Origin: Octopus sinensis
Lineage: Eukaryota
Direction: 5' to 3'
Length of the DNA: 64,000 bases
Assembly (NCBI RefSeq): GCF_006345805.1
Contig: NC_042997.1
Location: 182,900,001 to 182,964,000 of the forward strand
The notes below the pieces were generated by a model. The model had not been told where the DNA came from, searched no databases, and worked only from the letters and a program-made list of their open reading frames with translations. Made by a program: the position numbers and the translations under genes. Shown piece after piece: positions 24,421 through 37,249 of this stretch (position 1 is the stretch's first letter; the number at the start of each line of letters is the position of its first letter).

Positions 24421-25461
24421 CAAATTTAATTATCTTGATATAGAGGAGATATAGAGCTACTCTGGATTATATAAAACAGTGGGTGAGAAGAGCTGAAAGG
24501 AAGTCAAAGATGGTGGTGATGAGGAGTGTCAGAGCAAACACTCAAGATATAAGATTGTGAGTTTAAGCGAGAATATGGAAAGAGGACTGGGAAAGGTGAG
24601 TGGGTAAGTTCATAAGACCATGAAAGGATAGTGGCTGATGATTAGAGATAGAGGTAGCAGTGAATGCAGAGAATGATAAATAAAGGTGGGGGTGTAGTTG
24701 ATGATAAATATCAGTATGGGAGGGGGTGGAAGATGTAGGAATGGCTCTGGTAGGAGGTTACAGGAAGGATGAAGACCAGCAGTATAAACCTGTAGATAGA
24801 TCAGAAAATAGGGAAATGTACAAGGTGGAAGGAGAGAGAGATATACAGTGACAGAGATAGAGGTCAGAAGTATCTAGAGGTGACTTTAGAGAGTAGAGGA
24901 TGAAAGGAGCTGCTGGTGGCAGATATGAAAGTATGTTGAGAAAGATAGCAGATATGAGAGGGTGTTAAAAATGAAATGTGAAAGTCCAAAGATGTAGCTC
25001 AGAGGAGGAGGATATATAACAGGAAGCACAGAAAGTATTTATTTGTGGAAATATAGAGTAGGAAGGGATGATCTTCAGAATGATTGAGGGATTTTATAAG
25101 GAAGTGGTTCCAGGGAGAGGCTGAGGTAATTGTTAGCACAAAATATATGTAGAGATTCTAGTCTTGTATGATCACAGCAGCTAAATAGTACCAAAGTTAG
25201 CAGCGTGAAAGAGGAATGGATGCTACAAATGTGAGAAATGGGGAAGGTTTGACAGTGGTCAAATTGGATGCAGGGGTAGGACCCAGTGAGTATATAGACA
25301 TAAAATAATACATTTAGGACCACACTTTTGCTGTGACAGATGGGTCTTCTTGAGCAGAGGAAATCACCAATCATCTCAATCTTTTGTCACCTCCTGTGAG
25401 GCTTAACATCTTGAGATCAGCCTTCACTACTTCATCCTGTTTTTCTGAGCCTCCCTATATA

Positions 25462-25522
<61 letters not shown>

Positions 25523-25880
25523 TATATAGGGAGAATTCACACAAAAAAACAAAAGACAAAGACAGGTGGTGTAGATAATAAACAGATCTATTAGTTTAAC
25601 ACTCGGAAAGTGAAAAAGTCTTTAACGTTTCGAGCCTATGCTCTTCCACAGAAAGGAACACAGAAAGAAACAAGGAGAGAAAATAAAGAATGTGTAGTGG
25701 CTAGCGATCTATCATGGTGAATGCCAGACAGAAGGGTTACACAGGAGAGCTAGGGAGAAGGGGAGATAATAAAGTAATGTAATAAAGTAATGGTGATCCC
25801 AAAATGAAGGTGTGCGTGTATGTGCATAAGAGCGTTTGTATGTATGTATGTATGTGTATATATAAGAGTATGTATGTATG

Positions 25881-25940
<60 letters not shown>

Positions 25941-27353
25941 GTACAGTCATGGCTGTGTGTTTAAGAAGTTTGCTTCCCAATTAAGTGGCTTTTGGGTTCC
26001 GTCCTACTGTGTGACACCTTGTGTAAGTGTCTTCTATTACAGCTTCAGGCCAAGAAAAGCCTTATGAATCGATTTGGTAGATGGAAAATGGAAGAAGCCT
26101 ATCACGTGGAGGGGGAGGTCTTTGTCCTCCACCACCTGTTGATACCTGGTGTTGGTATGTTTATGTCCCTGTAACTTAGCAGTTCAACAAAAAGAGACCG
26201 ATAGAATAAGTACAAGGCTTAATAAAATATAAGTACTGGGGTCGTTTCATTTGACTAAAAAATTCTTCAAGATGGTGCTCTAGCATGGCCTCTGTCTAAT
26301 GACTGAAAGAAGTAAAAGATAAAAGATATGCATGTGTCTGTCTATGTGCATATATTATTGTATCTCTTTGACAATGCACAATAGTTATAAGTAAACAGGA
26401 TTGTCATACAAACTGTGTCTATTTCTAGTCCTCTGGGAAAACACATCAGGCTGTGTAGAAGTATTATCTTGCTCAGAAAGAAGTGAGGTTTGTTGACAGG
26501 AAGTGACCTAACTATAAAAAAGTCAGCCTCGACAAATTCCATTTGACCCATACGAACATGTAAAAGAGGCCTTAACTCCATGACAACTAAGCAACTAGGT
26601 TGCATTGACAGTAATCATTTCGGCTGAGATCAGCAATTAGAGCATGACAATGGGTTGGTGCATATTTACATCAACCACTTTAACAGTTTAAAGTGGTGAT
26701 TCATTCAGTTGCCTGCACACAGTAACAGTAATTGTGCCAAGCGAGGTCCATGCTCAGTGCGAGATAACAGCCAGAGTATATTTACGACCACCACTTTTGT
26801 GCAAGTACTGTTTATTTACCTAAACTATATGCCTGTGCAGGACGTTCATGCAATATGGGAGAGTAGAAGGAGAGAGAGATATACAGTGACAGAGATAGAA
26901 GTCAGAAGTATCTAGAGGTGGGTTTAGAGAGTAGAGGATGAAAGGAGCTGCTGGTGGCAGATATGAAAGTATGTTGAGAAAGATAGCAGATATGAGAGGG
27001 TGTTAAAAATGAAATGTGAAAGTCCAAAGATGTAGCTCAGAGGAGAAGGATATATAACAGGAAGCACAGAAAGTATTTATTAGTGGAAATATAAAGTGGG
27101 AAGGGATGATCTTCAGACAGGGAGCGGCTGAGGTAATTGTTATCACAAAATATATGTAGAGATTCTAGTCTTATATGATCACAGCAGCTAAATAGTACCA
27201 AAGTTAGCAGAGTGAATAAGATCACTCGACAGCAGAAGTCAGATCAACTTTGTGTATTTAGAATCACGTGAATTCAAAAACTGACTTTAGTGTGGTAGAG
27301 TCCAAAACAGAGTACCACACACAGTGGCATATCACATTGTGAACAATGGTATC

Positions 27354-27991
27354 TATCAGGCCATTAAGAATGAAATGTCCAATTTTCTTATGCAGCAAAT
27401 TTGACAGTTGTTGACTCTAATGTTTTATCATGACAATTCTTTGTTTTACAACATTGAAAAGTTACATCACTTTTCGAAACGCAATTCATAGTGTCTGATT
27501 ATATTATATTTTTGTGAACCCATGAAGAGATCAAAAATCCATGTTGTTTATGAATATAAGTTCCGTCATGGAACCAATGCATCCCAGACAGTTTGAAATC
27601 TCAATGAGGTGATTGGTGAAGATGTGGCAAATGAGCACACTGTACATTGATGGTTTGAGAAGTTCCAGTCTGGTGACTTTACTCTTGGAAAGCAGCCCTG
27701 TGGTAGACCTGGGACCAAGGTGGATAATGATGAGCTGAAAACTGTAATGGAAGTAGATACATCTCAAACTATACATGAGTTACAGCAAGGTTTGATGTTT
27801 TGATTCCAGCTGTATTGGACCTTCTGAAACAAATCAGCAAGGTAAAGAAGCTGAACAAGTGGGTACCACATGAACTGAATGAGCATCAAATGACACGTCA
27901 TCTTGAAACTTGCTGTTCTTTGCTGTAACAGCATAAAAGCAAACTATTTTTGCCTCGTATTGTTATGTGTGATGAAAAATGCTTCTTTTCA
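27354..27991 (+). mobile_element. Decayed mariner, 5' half (HTH domain to first catalytic D)
   Basis: With stops and frameshifts reads YEYKFRHGTNASQT...WFEKFQSGDF...KVKKLNKWVPHELNE...RIVMCDEK. Confidence 0.88.
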
Positions 27992-29773
27992 ACAAAAGTG
28001 TCGACAAGGCTGGATCCCGATTCCAATATGATGCCAGGGTCAGTTTCTTCACGATACCCATCAATATCAACAGGGCAAGCAGAACTTTGATTTTGTCCCC
28101 TGTGGACACCACCATGCCCAGGTCTGACCTGCTGGGGATGGTTTTCAGCATAGTCATTTGTTTCATCCGCTATATATTGGAACATTTCATCCGTCAAAAA
28201 CTTGTGGAGGATTTCCAATGGCGAACTTCCATGTTCAAAGTTGGCCTTTATGCCAGGTGTACCAATAAACCCATGCCATCGGATGAAATTGTCTCTTGCT
28301 TGCCACACAATATTCTGTTGTCCAAGGCCATTCACTGCTGCCCACCTGGACCTGTGATTCACAAAAATATCATCATCGCTATAGGAATCATCTGATTCTG
28401 AACTAGGAAAATACTCTCTGAGTCATCGTACAAACCAGAAGAAACAACTGGTGAGGTGGTGTAGCTTGGCATGACTACCATAAATTCAACGAAACAGGAC
28501 GCAATGATGAAGTTGGTGGAGCCAAAGTGGTAGGACACGATAACTGTAAATTCAATGAAACAGGATGCAAGGACAAAGTTGACAGAGCCAGAATGGCAGG
28601 ACTGGCCTATCGGGTTGTAAATATTTACCTGAAACACTGGGTCTTTTCTGTTTGACTGCCAGCGTCAATTTCTGTTTGAACTGATTTCATATTTAATGTA
28701 ATGATACACTTTTATAGACTAATCAATACCATAAAAATCATTTTTGCCATAAATCAATAAATAAAGAGTTATTAGCTATTAAAGTTTGAAAATTTTGAGT
28801 AATTTTAACCAATCGTAAGCCACAGACACATTCATGCTTTACTCATGGGTAAAGGAATTGATTTCAGTCCAATTTTGTGTTGAAGAACTGGGGAGGAGCA
28901 CGGCTGTTGATTATAACAGTGATGTTAAGGAAGTATGTGTGGAGGAGTTACTCTGTTATCCAGTTAATGGTGGTGGTCCTGGGAAGATTGTTGAGAAGTT
29001 TGATTTTTAAAAATATTTAATTTGCAGTGTGCTATTTTATTTTGGGATAAATATTTTAAGTTTGTGCTATGAGCTTCTTATTTTGAGAAATATTTAATTT
29101 GTAATGTGCTATTCATTGCATTAAATGCATACTGAATACTTAAAACTACAAAATACGTGTTGTTTGCTCATTTTTTTGCCATTGAGGTGGTTGTGAAGTG
29201 TGCTAAAAATAACAGCTAAATAAGCCTTAAATCATGCAGCCCCACAATTTTTTTATCTTTAGCATAATTGTATGAAGTCCAGCATGTAGAATACAAATTC
29301 GCAAAAATTTTCTGAAAATTCCAAATAATAATAAAGTTATAAAGTTATAATGAAAAAGTTACATGTCATGCATAATTCATTTGTTTATGGTTTCTATTTT
29401 CAGGATATTGACAAGTGCTATTTTTAGGATATTGACAAAATGTGCAGTATTGCACAAAATGACAGCTCCCGTGTCCTGTTTCCTGAATGGATGAAAATTA
29501 TCAAACTTTAAACCTCTATAACTTTTTTAAAACATTTTTGTGGAAAAAGTGAAATAACTCCAGCAATTCAGCTCGGAAAACTACATTAATGTACCAAATT
29601 TTAAAATTTTCGATAAACAAAAAGATCTGAAATATCTAATCAGCCTATCAGTTGGCAGGTGGAGTGGGACTAACTCAGGCGACAGGTTTTAAGTCAGGTA
29701 GTATATAGTTATGTTGACTGATTTAAAGCATGCACATTGCATGTATAAATTTACGTCAACCATTTTAAAAGGG
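27992..29773 (-). mobile_element. piggyBac relic, left end plus N-terminal transposase (PGBD-like)
   Basis: TTAA (29774-29777) + CCCTTTT terminus; SPLEILHKFLTDEMFQYIADETNDYA and, after a frameshift, IKVLLALLILMGIVKK..LASYW. Confidence 0.82.
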
Positions 29774-30838
29774 TTAAAATGGTGATGATATATACTATAC
29801 CACCTTAAAGCACAGTAGACTTGACAATTGCCTGGGGATGTTTATAACATAAATTAGCATTAAATTTTGATGAAAGATTTTAATTCAGATCACTTTAAAA
29901 GTGATCTGAAAGTTAATATTTTAGGAAGAGAGCCAACCTGTCCAGCAGGTTGGTAACAAAACAGTTAAATATACCAGAGTAAATCTAAAATACAGCACCT
30001 ATTTTCCTTAGATTTGTTATTGCAATCTTTTTTTTTCCTCTTAGAAAATATATAGAGTCTTAATTTCATACAAATGACAAGGATAGTATGAAGAGTTATA
30101 AAAACCTTTAAACAGCTTTTATGTAACATTTAAAATTCCCAATAATATTGAATCACAGTTTATATGCACAAATTGCAATATAAAAGAAATATTTATTTTT
30201 AATGTGTATTTTTAATATTTATTTTTAATATGTATTTTTAATGTTATTTTTAATGTTGCTTAACCTCAGAGCAACTAGCAGAGCACTTATGATAAAGAAT
30301 GCTCCATCATATTAATCATTTGGGACTTATTATTTTGTTTTTAAGATCCATAGTCTCTAGAACTACATTATCTAGATATAGGCAGTCGGGTTCATTCCAT
30401 CAGTCAGAGTTAACCATACATTTGTATCTGTGTGCACAAGTTTGAGCAAGTAATATTGGGGATGGAGCTAGAAGACTGGCAGTTCCCCTCTCTATATTAT
30501 TGACAATGTCCAAGACAAGGACCTTGTGAATACAGCTCAGCACCAGTGCTATCACAGGTAACTACTGTCAGAATAAAATAAGCCAGAGCAGATTTTGCAA
30601 GGAATCTCCTCCTTTGCTCTAACAGTTCTATCAATCTATTGCCTAGGACTGATGCCTTTTTTATCAACGCCTGAAAAGGATGAAAATGTAAAGTTGGTCG
30701 ATTTTTTAATAACAGTTGCAAGTTACCACTGTTTTAATAATAGGAAGAATTTTGAGAAGAATTTTATGTTTTGAAAATTAAAATAAATCCATGAAATTAA
30801 AACTTTTGGAATTTTCCAAATTCAAACAGCTCAATGTA

Positions 30839-32088
30839 TTGGGTCAGCCCATAAATAATGCCGTTTTTTTTTTATTGCATGAACTAAAAGTTGGAGGGGG
30901 ACGGGATAAACTACCTGCATCAACTTGCAGGTAGTAATTTTACCTTGTTCTTGTTTCTAGTACGAGTTTTAACAGTGCAGTTCGATTTTAACAATTATTT
31001 TTTAAAGCTATAATGGAAGTGACAAAGGAGCATATTCGGCATATTTTGCTTTGAATTCAATAAAAGCAACAACACAACAGAAAGTGCGAGGAAATATTAA
31101 TGCAGTATATGAGGATCATACAATAAGCATAAGCCAGTGTCAATGGCAGTCCCAGAAATTCCAAGCCAGAAACTACAGCCTAGAAGACGAGCCTCGTCCT
31201 GGAAGGGAAGATCTGTAGAGCTCGACAAGGACATCCTGCAAACCCTAGTGGAACAAAATCCTATCATAACTGTTGAGGAACTAGCAGAGAAGCTTAGATT
31301 TGATCATTCAACCATTCATCAACACCTGCATGCCATCAGAAAAGTCAACAAACTGGGTCAATGGGTTCCTCCGAGTCTAATCACGCGCAGAGAGTGAACA
31401 TGTGCTCTTCTTTGCTGTCATGTCATATGAAATAACTTTTTTTTTACCAAGTAGTGACTGATGATGAGAAATAGGTTCTCTATAAAAATGTCAAGTACTG
31501 AAGACAATAGGCAGGGAAAGGAGAAACACCTGCACCCCAGGCTAAAGGTTTTCACCTACGTAAGGTGTTGTTATCTGTTTGGGAGGATATGTTGAACTTT
31601 TAAAACCAAACCAAACAATAACAAACTACTACAAGCAGCTTGAGCAACTTAAGTCGGTGCTAGAAGAAAGACAACCATCTTTGGTTTCAAAACAAAAGGT
31701 GTTCTTCCATTAGGATAATACTCAGCCACGTACAGCAAGGATGACATTCCAAAGGCTGGAGCAGTTTCAGCAGGAAACAATGCCCCACCCACCATATTCG
31801 CCAGTCATTGCCCCATCTGATTATCATTTATTCCGCAGTCTTCAAAATCATTTGGACAGAAAAAATATGAATTCTGTAAACAAGATCAGAACAGTACTGG
31901 AGGAGTATTTTTCATCACGGACAAGTGAATTTTGGAAGAGGGGCCTTGTAAGTCTACCAGATAGATGGAAGAGCATTATAGAAAATGAAGGAGAGTATAT
32001 TTTAGATTAGAAAAGAACCTTGTTTATCTTAATTCTGAAAAATAAAAGAAGCATTAAAAAAACTGCATTATTTATGCGATGACCCTAT
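30839..32088 (+). mobile_element. Full-length (about 1.25 kb) decayed mariner, Mos1/SETMAR-type DD34D transposase pseudogene (31013-32010)
   Basis: TIR TTGGGTCAGCCCATAAATAATGCCGTTTT after TA, matched at 32057-32088; MEVTKEHIRHILL, LGQWVP, PHPPYSPVIAPSDYHLFRSLQNHL; several stops and frameshifts. Confidence 0.95.
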
Positions 32089-35000
32089 TGTTTGAAATAA
32101 GCAAACAAAATTGAAATCTTAAAAATTAGAGAATGGAAAATAGAAAAATTATAAATCTATATTGGAAATACATTTTCTGAATTAGAAAGAAAACAGAAAT
32201 GCTTAAAATACAACCTGAACGTTGGCCTGACGCTCTCCAAAGATTATAAAAGTAATTGAAGCACCTTCCTAAACAGCTTGTTGTGACAACTAGATAGTGG
32301 GAAAACCGTTTAATATGTTGGCTTAAATAACAAAGGACACAGAACTGTACATGATTGTATGAAAAGAAACATTTCAATTATGTTAGGAAAACCCATTAGA
32401 GTAACAGACTTGTTAAGAAAACGCATGTAGGCCAAACGTATAGCAACATTAGTAGAGAATGGAATTTACATGAACAACATTGAATAAAGAAAACTTCAAT
32501 TATAGCTATTGATGAAAATAAACCACAGACAATGCTAAGTTAAAAGACAAAATTAAATTTTACCCTCAAGCACTGATGCTATTAGATCAGTGTTTAAGAA
32601 TAAAAAAATAAATCTTAAATGCTTTGTCAGTTAACCTATTACAACAGGAATCTGATAAATCCACTCAAAATTCCATTACTCTTAACTGCAAAATGCAGTT
32701 TTATTGTTGAGGAATGTCATGTTTGAAACTATTTTTTTGTTGAGACACATCAAGTTTATTGAAGCAATATAACCTGCAGAAAATACCAATTCAATTTTTG
32801 GTAGATATTTAAGATCATTACTAAAATGACCATGAAATTTAATTTAGCAGTTAAAAGGTTAAGATCATTTCTAAGGTGGATTATTTTACTTTTCAAGAGG
32901 TTTAGTATTCAAAGCATGAAGGCAAACAATCTAATCTATGAGATCGCTTAAACTGTGTTTAAGACTGTAAATAAATTATCTATATTCAAGCCCCAATTTT
33001 ATGTGAAATATACCTTTTTATCTTCTACTTGTTTCAGTCACTGGGTTGCTACCATACTGGGGCACTAACCAAACACATATACCCTAGTACTCATTTTTTT
33101 ATAATCTAGTACTTTTATCAGTCTCTTTTGCTGAACCACTAATTTACAGGACATCTGCCCATCACTCCCAGTTCATAAATAGTTATCAACTAGGAGAGGA
33201 AACCAACACAGACACAAAGAAAGATGCACTCACACACGTGTGTGTGTGTGTGTGTGTATATACACACACACACACATGATGGGCTTCCACACAGTTTCCA
33301 CCTATGAAATTCACTCACAAGGCCTGGAGCTATAGTAGATGCTTGCCCAAGGCACAGTACAGTGGATCTGAACCCAAAACTACTAGGCTGCCAAGTGAGC
33401 TTGTTAACCACACAGCTATGCAACAAAGAAAAAACATTAATCAAAAAATAAGGGATGAGAGGGAAGTATAACGAAAACTGAGAATAGTTATAGGTGGAAG
33501 AAAATTCAATGGAAGAGCAACAAAAGAAAAATATATAACATTTTAGATATTTCAAATTTAGCAAGATAAATTTTTATATATCACATTTCATTGCGATATA
33601 TTAAATTCAATTCGACCTCAAATTTCACAATATTTACTTAAGTTTAGACTGGTATTATGAACACCTGACAAGAAATGGAAGAGTTGCTAAGCAAACATTG
33701 CAGGTTAGAAGTAGATAAGCAACTGACATAGTAAATATGTGTGATGACAAAGCTAAAGATCACCTAGAAAGTTTAGTCCAATGAAGGAAAGAGGTAATTT
33801 TTTTCCTGATAGTGGGGTGGATAGGTAGATAGATGCCTCAGTTATACCATGGCCATGCACAGGCACTGCCTTCAATGATTAGCCCAACATAACAGTACAT
33901 ATTTCACATTGATACTTATATTTTCAATCTCTAACAAACCGTTAAGTTACTAGACATAAACAGCACAAAATAAACACAACATTGGTTTAAGGAGGTAAAC
34001 AAACAAACACACACACACGACAAGCTCCTTTCCGCCAACCAAATTCTAATCAGCCCAAATCTACAGGAGGCGCTTGACTATTGTACAGAATGGAATCTAA
34101 CACAGTGCTCAAATTTGCAAAATAGAGAGGGGAGAGAGAGGGAAAGGAAGAGAGAAGGAGAAGGAACAGACAGACAATATGAGATAAGTTCATCAGATAT
34201 CATTAAACACTGTTCTATAATTCTGTGGCACAGCATGAGTTTTGGCCACCCCTTCCTTAAACATAACATACTCTTATACATAAAATTGCCACCCCCTGCA
34301 GTGTGCTACTGTTATAATTTGACTAGATAACACTTTGAGGCCCACCTTACCAAAATAAAAAGCTAAAATTACTATATTCAAGCAATAAAACCTGCTTTTC
34401 ATCAATATAGAGAGAATTTCAAAGTTTTATCTTTTCAAGCTAAAAGTAAAAATATTTTGCAATTTTTCTTACTTTAGAAGTCACTAAATAAAATACAATT
34501 CATACATTCAGGTACACAATCTAAGAATTATACTCCATCAGACAAAAAGGGGACATGATCATAGCCCTCACATCTTCTTAGCTGAGAATAGAGGCAGATA
34601 ACTGGTTATGGTTAAGTTGAATTGAAAGTAAAATAACCAAGGAAAAGTGTTTAAAAGTGTCTGAATTGTGAAACTAAACTGAATAACAGGTGCAGAATAC
34701 TATAGCATTGATTGAATGAGAAGCAGGTTTAATCAAGTGGATTTAGGGAAGAAGCCAGAAACAGCCGTCAAATTCAGACCAACAGAAAGATGAGTATGGC
34801 TTGATGTAATGTTAATGGCTAAATAGTAAAACTTTGATTCTAATATGAACAGTTTTGGGGAGATTTTCTTTAATCCTTATTTTCTTTCACACACACATGA
34901 ATATATCAGAATAAACTTCTCATTGTCACATTAACATCCTTAATTTAAAAGATGCACTGAATGTTATATGTCAAAAAATTCTTGACTGATATTTCCTTCT

Positions 35001-36062
35001 GAACTGGAAAAATTCAATTCAACCTCAAATTTCACAATATTTACTTAAGTTTAGACTGGTATTATGAACACCTGACAAGTAATGGAAATCCCAGCAACAA
35101 TTGTTCATGACTCACAAAGAAAGGGGAAGATAATTTCCAAGAAATTAAAAGTTAATCTTACAAAATGAATTTGCATCCTGTCAAATAAGGAAGTCTGACT
35201 TCAATTCACTAAGAATTTTTGGTAAATTTTTCAGTCTTTGAGAACATGAAATGATGATAAACAATGCAAAATAAACTAAAGAGAAGTTCAAGGAATCAAA
35301 GGGAAAGATAACTAGTAGGCAATGTTGGTAATAATCCATAATGAAATTATAACAAAGATAACTGGTGCAAGAAAATCATCATCATCATCATCATCATCGT
35401 TTAACGTCCGCTTTCCATGCTAGCATGGGTTGGACGGTACAACTGGGATCTGGCAAGCCCGAAGGCTGCACCAGGCCAGTCAGATCTTTGTGTGAAATAA
35501 GTTTTTGTTTTTTGTTTTGTTTTGCTTTTTTCTGTTAAATATGAACTAAATTGAGGGCTAATATACTTTAATTAGCTGACTTCACATCAAGAAACTGAAT
35601 AGGGAAAAAGACATTTAATCTGAAGCCCATGACATAAAGTAGAAAACTAGCCAGAGAACTGACAGTTCAGGTTTTAAATTTCCATTACATAAAATTTTAG
35701 CTTCACAGGAAAAAACACCTGTTTCATTTTATTGGATTTTTAGTAATTGCCAATTATTAATAATTAATTATTATTTTGTTTATTTGTCACTGATTTACTG
35801 AACTTGTTTTCAGTTTGTTCCACTTTGTTGCTCAGCGTTTTAAGTTTAAATATCAAAAGATAACATTTGTTTGCTTATAGCAGCACGAAACACTTTAGCT
35901 TAATCATCAAAATTCATGTTATTGACCCATTTGAAAATACCTGTCAATTGACCAGAAGGCTTCATTAGACAAAAGTAAGACAAAACTTATCTATAGTTGC
36001 CTCTTGCTTGCAAGTAAAAACCAAACATTTTTCCCCTTGAGTATCAGGTTCAAATCTGTATG

Positions 36063-37240
36063 TCATGCGAAGTGACCAGCATTCAGGCGGCAAGAAAGGC
36101 CATGGAGGCCTGCAGAATCAAGGAGCCTGCCACAATGACAGATCAAACCCATACTTAAATCAGCTCCCACTCTAAGGGCAATGAATACACAAAGTTCGTC
36201 CGGGCTGAGTAGGCCACCAACATTAGCCACAGGGATGGCATCAATCCAGTCACCTGAGTATTTGGTGCTAGCAAACAGTAAATGGCACCTTGAAAACTGG
36301 TCTGACGGGATGAAGAGGGAGTCAAAGGTGGCCTTCAAAATTATGTTGTCCCAAGCTCTCTGATGCCGACTGTTCTCCACCTTATCAGGAGTAGACAAGC
36401 CCAGTTCTCTCCAGTGTTGGAAAGCTTCATCCAACTCTCTGTTGGAACTGGTCCATGTTGGAGAGGAGAGGATGTTGCTCACCAGGGTGAAGCAGGTATG
36501 GGTGGAGGAAAGGAAGCAGGGTAGAGAGAGGGACAAACACTTATGAAGACCAAGACTTCCAAATCGCTTAAGCAATGTAACCTGATCGCATGACGTTGGA
36601 GAGAATCTGACATTGACTAAGCATTCAAGTCTCTCAAAGATTAGGTTGTCAAAGTGTTGGAGGTATGATGGGAATCAGTAAAATGAGCTCATTCTGAGTA
36701 AATATAGAAGCTTCAGGATCGAGAGATAATTCTTAAGTATGAAAACACCTTGATGGGGTTCGATATCTTCACTATTTTCCAGCAATTGTTCAAAGACAGC
36801 CACCTTCAACTGGAAGATGGACTCAAAGGCAAGGTCAGTGATTGAGGCACCTAGAGAGCACCAAGCCAATGGGGGAGGAACTGCAATGGAATTTAAGGAC
36901 TCTGCAAAAAGATCAATAGTTGTTTGATGTTGAGAAGCCGGGTGGTTGAGGATCCAGAGCTCACATTTGGAGCTGTTTACTTGGAGACCCCAGCAACCAA
37001 GCTCCCCAACCATCAAGTTAGCAATGGCAAGAACCCTGGGCTGAGGTCTCCCCCAAACAAGCATCATCGAGATACCAAGCATTGAGGTCTAGCTTGACGC
37101 CCATCTTGGTGATGTCATCAATGCCCAGTGTGAACAGAGTTGTGGGGTCTTCTCTCTTACTGAGCTGAGGACAGTATCATGGCTGATGGAGTTGAAGGTC
37201 AAGTTTGAGGATGACCTAGGGTGACAAAGCGGGCAAGTTG
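36063..37240 (-). mobile_element. Relic of a CRE-like (restriction-like-endonuclease group) non-LTR retrotransposon: RT core and CCHC knuckle
   Basis: FNSISHD, LNAWYLDDACLG, GLQVNSSKCEL, SGDWIDAIP..G..LS..E....ALRVG, CHCG..LDSAGLHGLSC; frameshifted. Confidence 0.78.
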
Positions 37241-37249
37241 GCATATGCT

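Noticed and set aside
2288-33420. Sense-orientation bias of SINE A in the gene (about 9 versus 3)
   Set aside because: Sample too small, and a similar bias is seen right of 40 kb.
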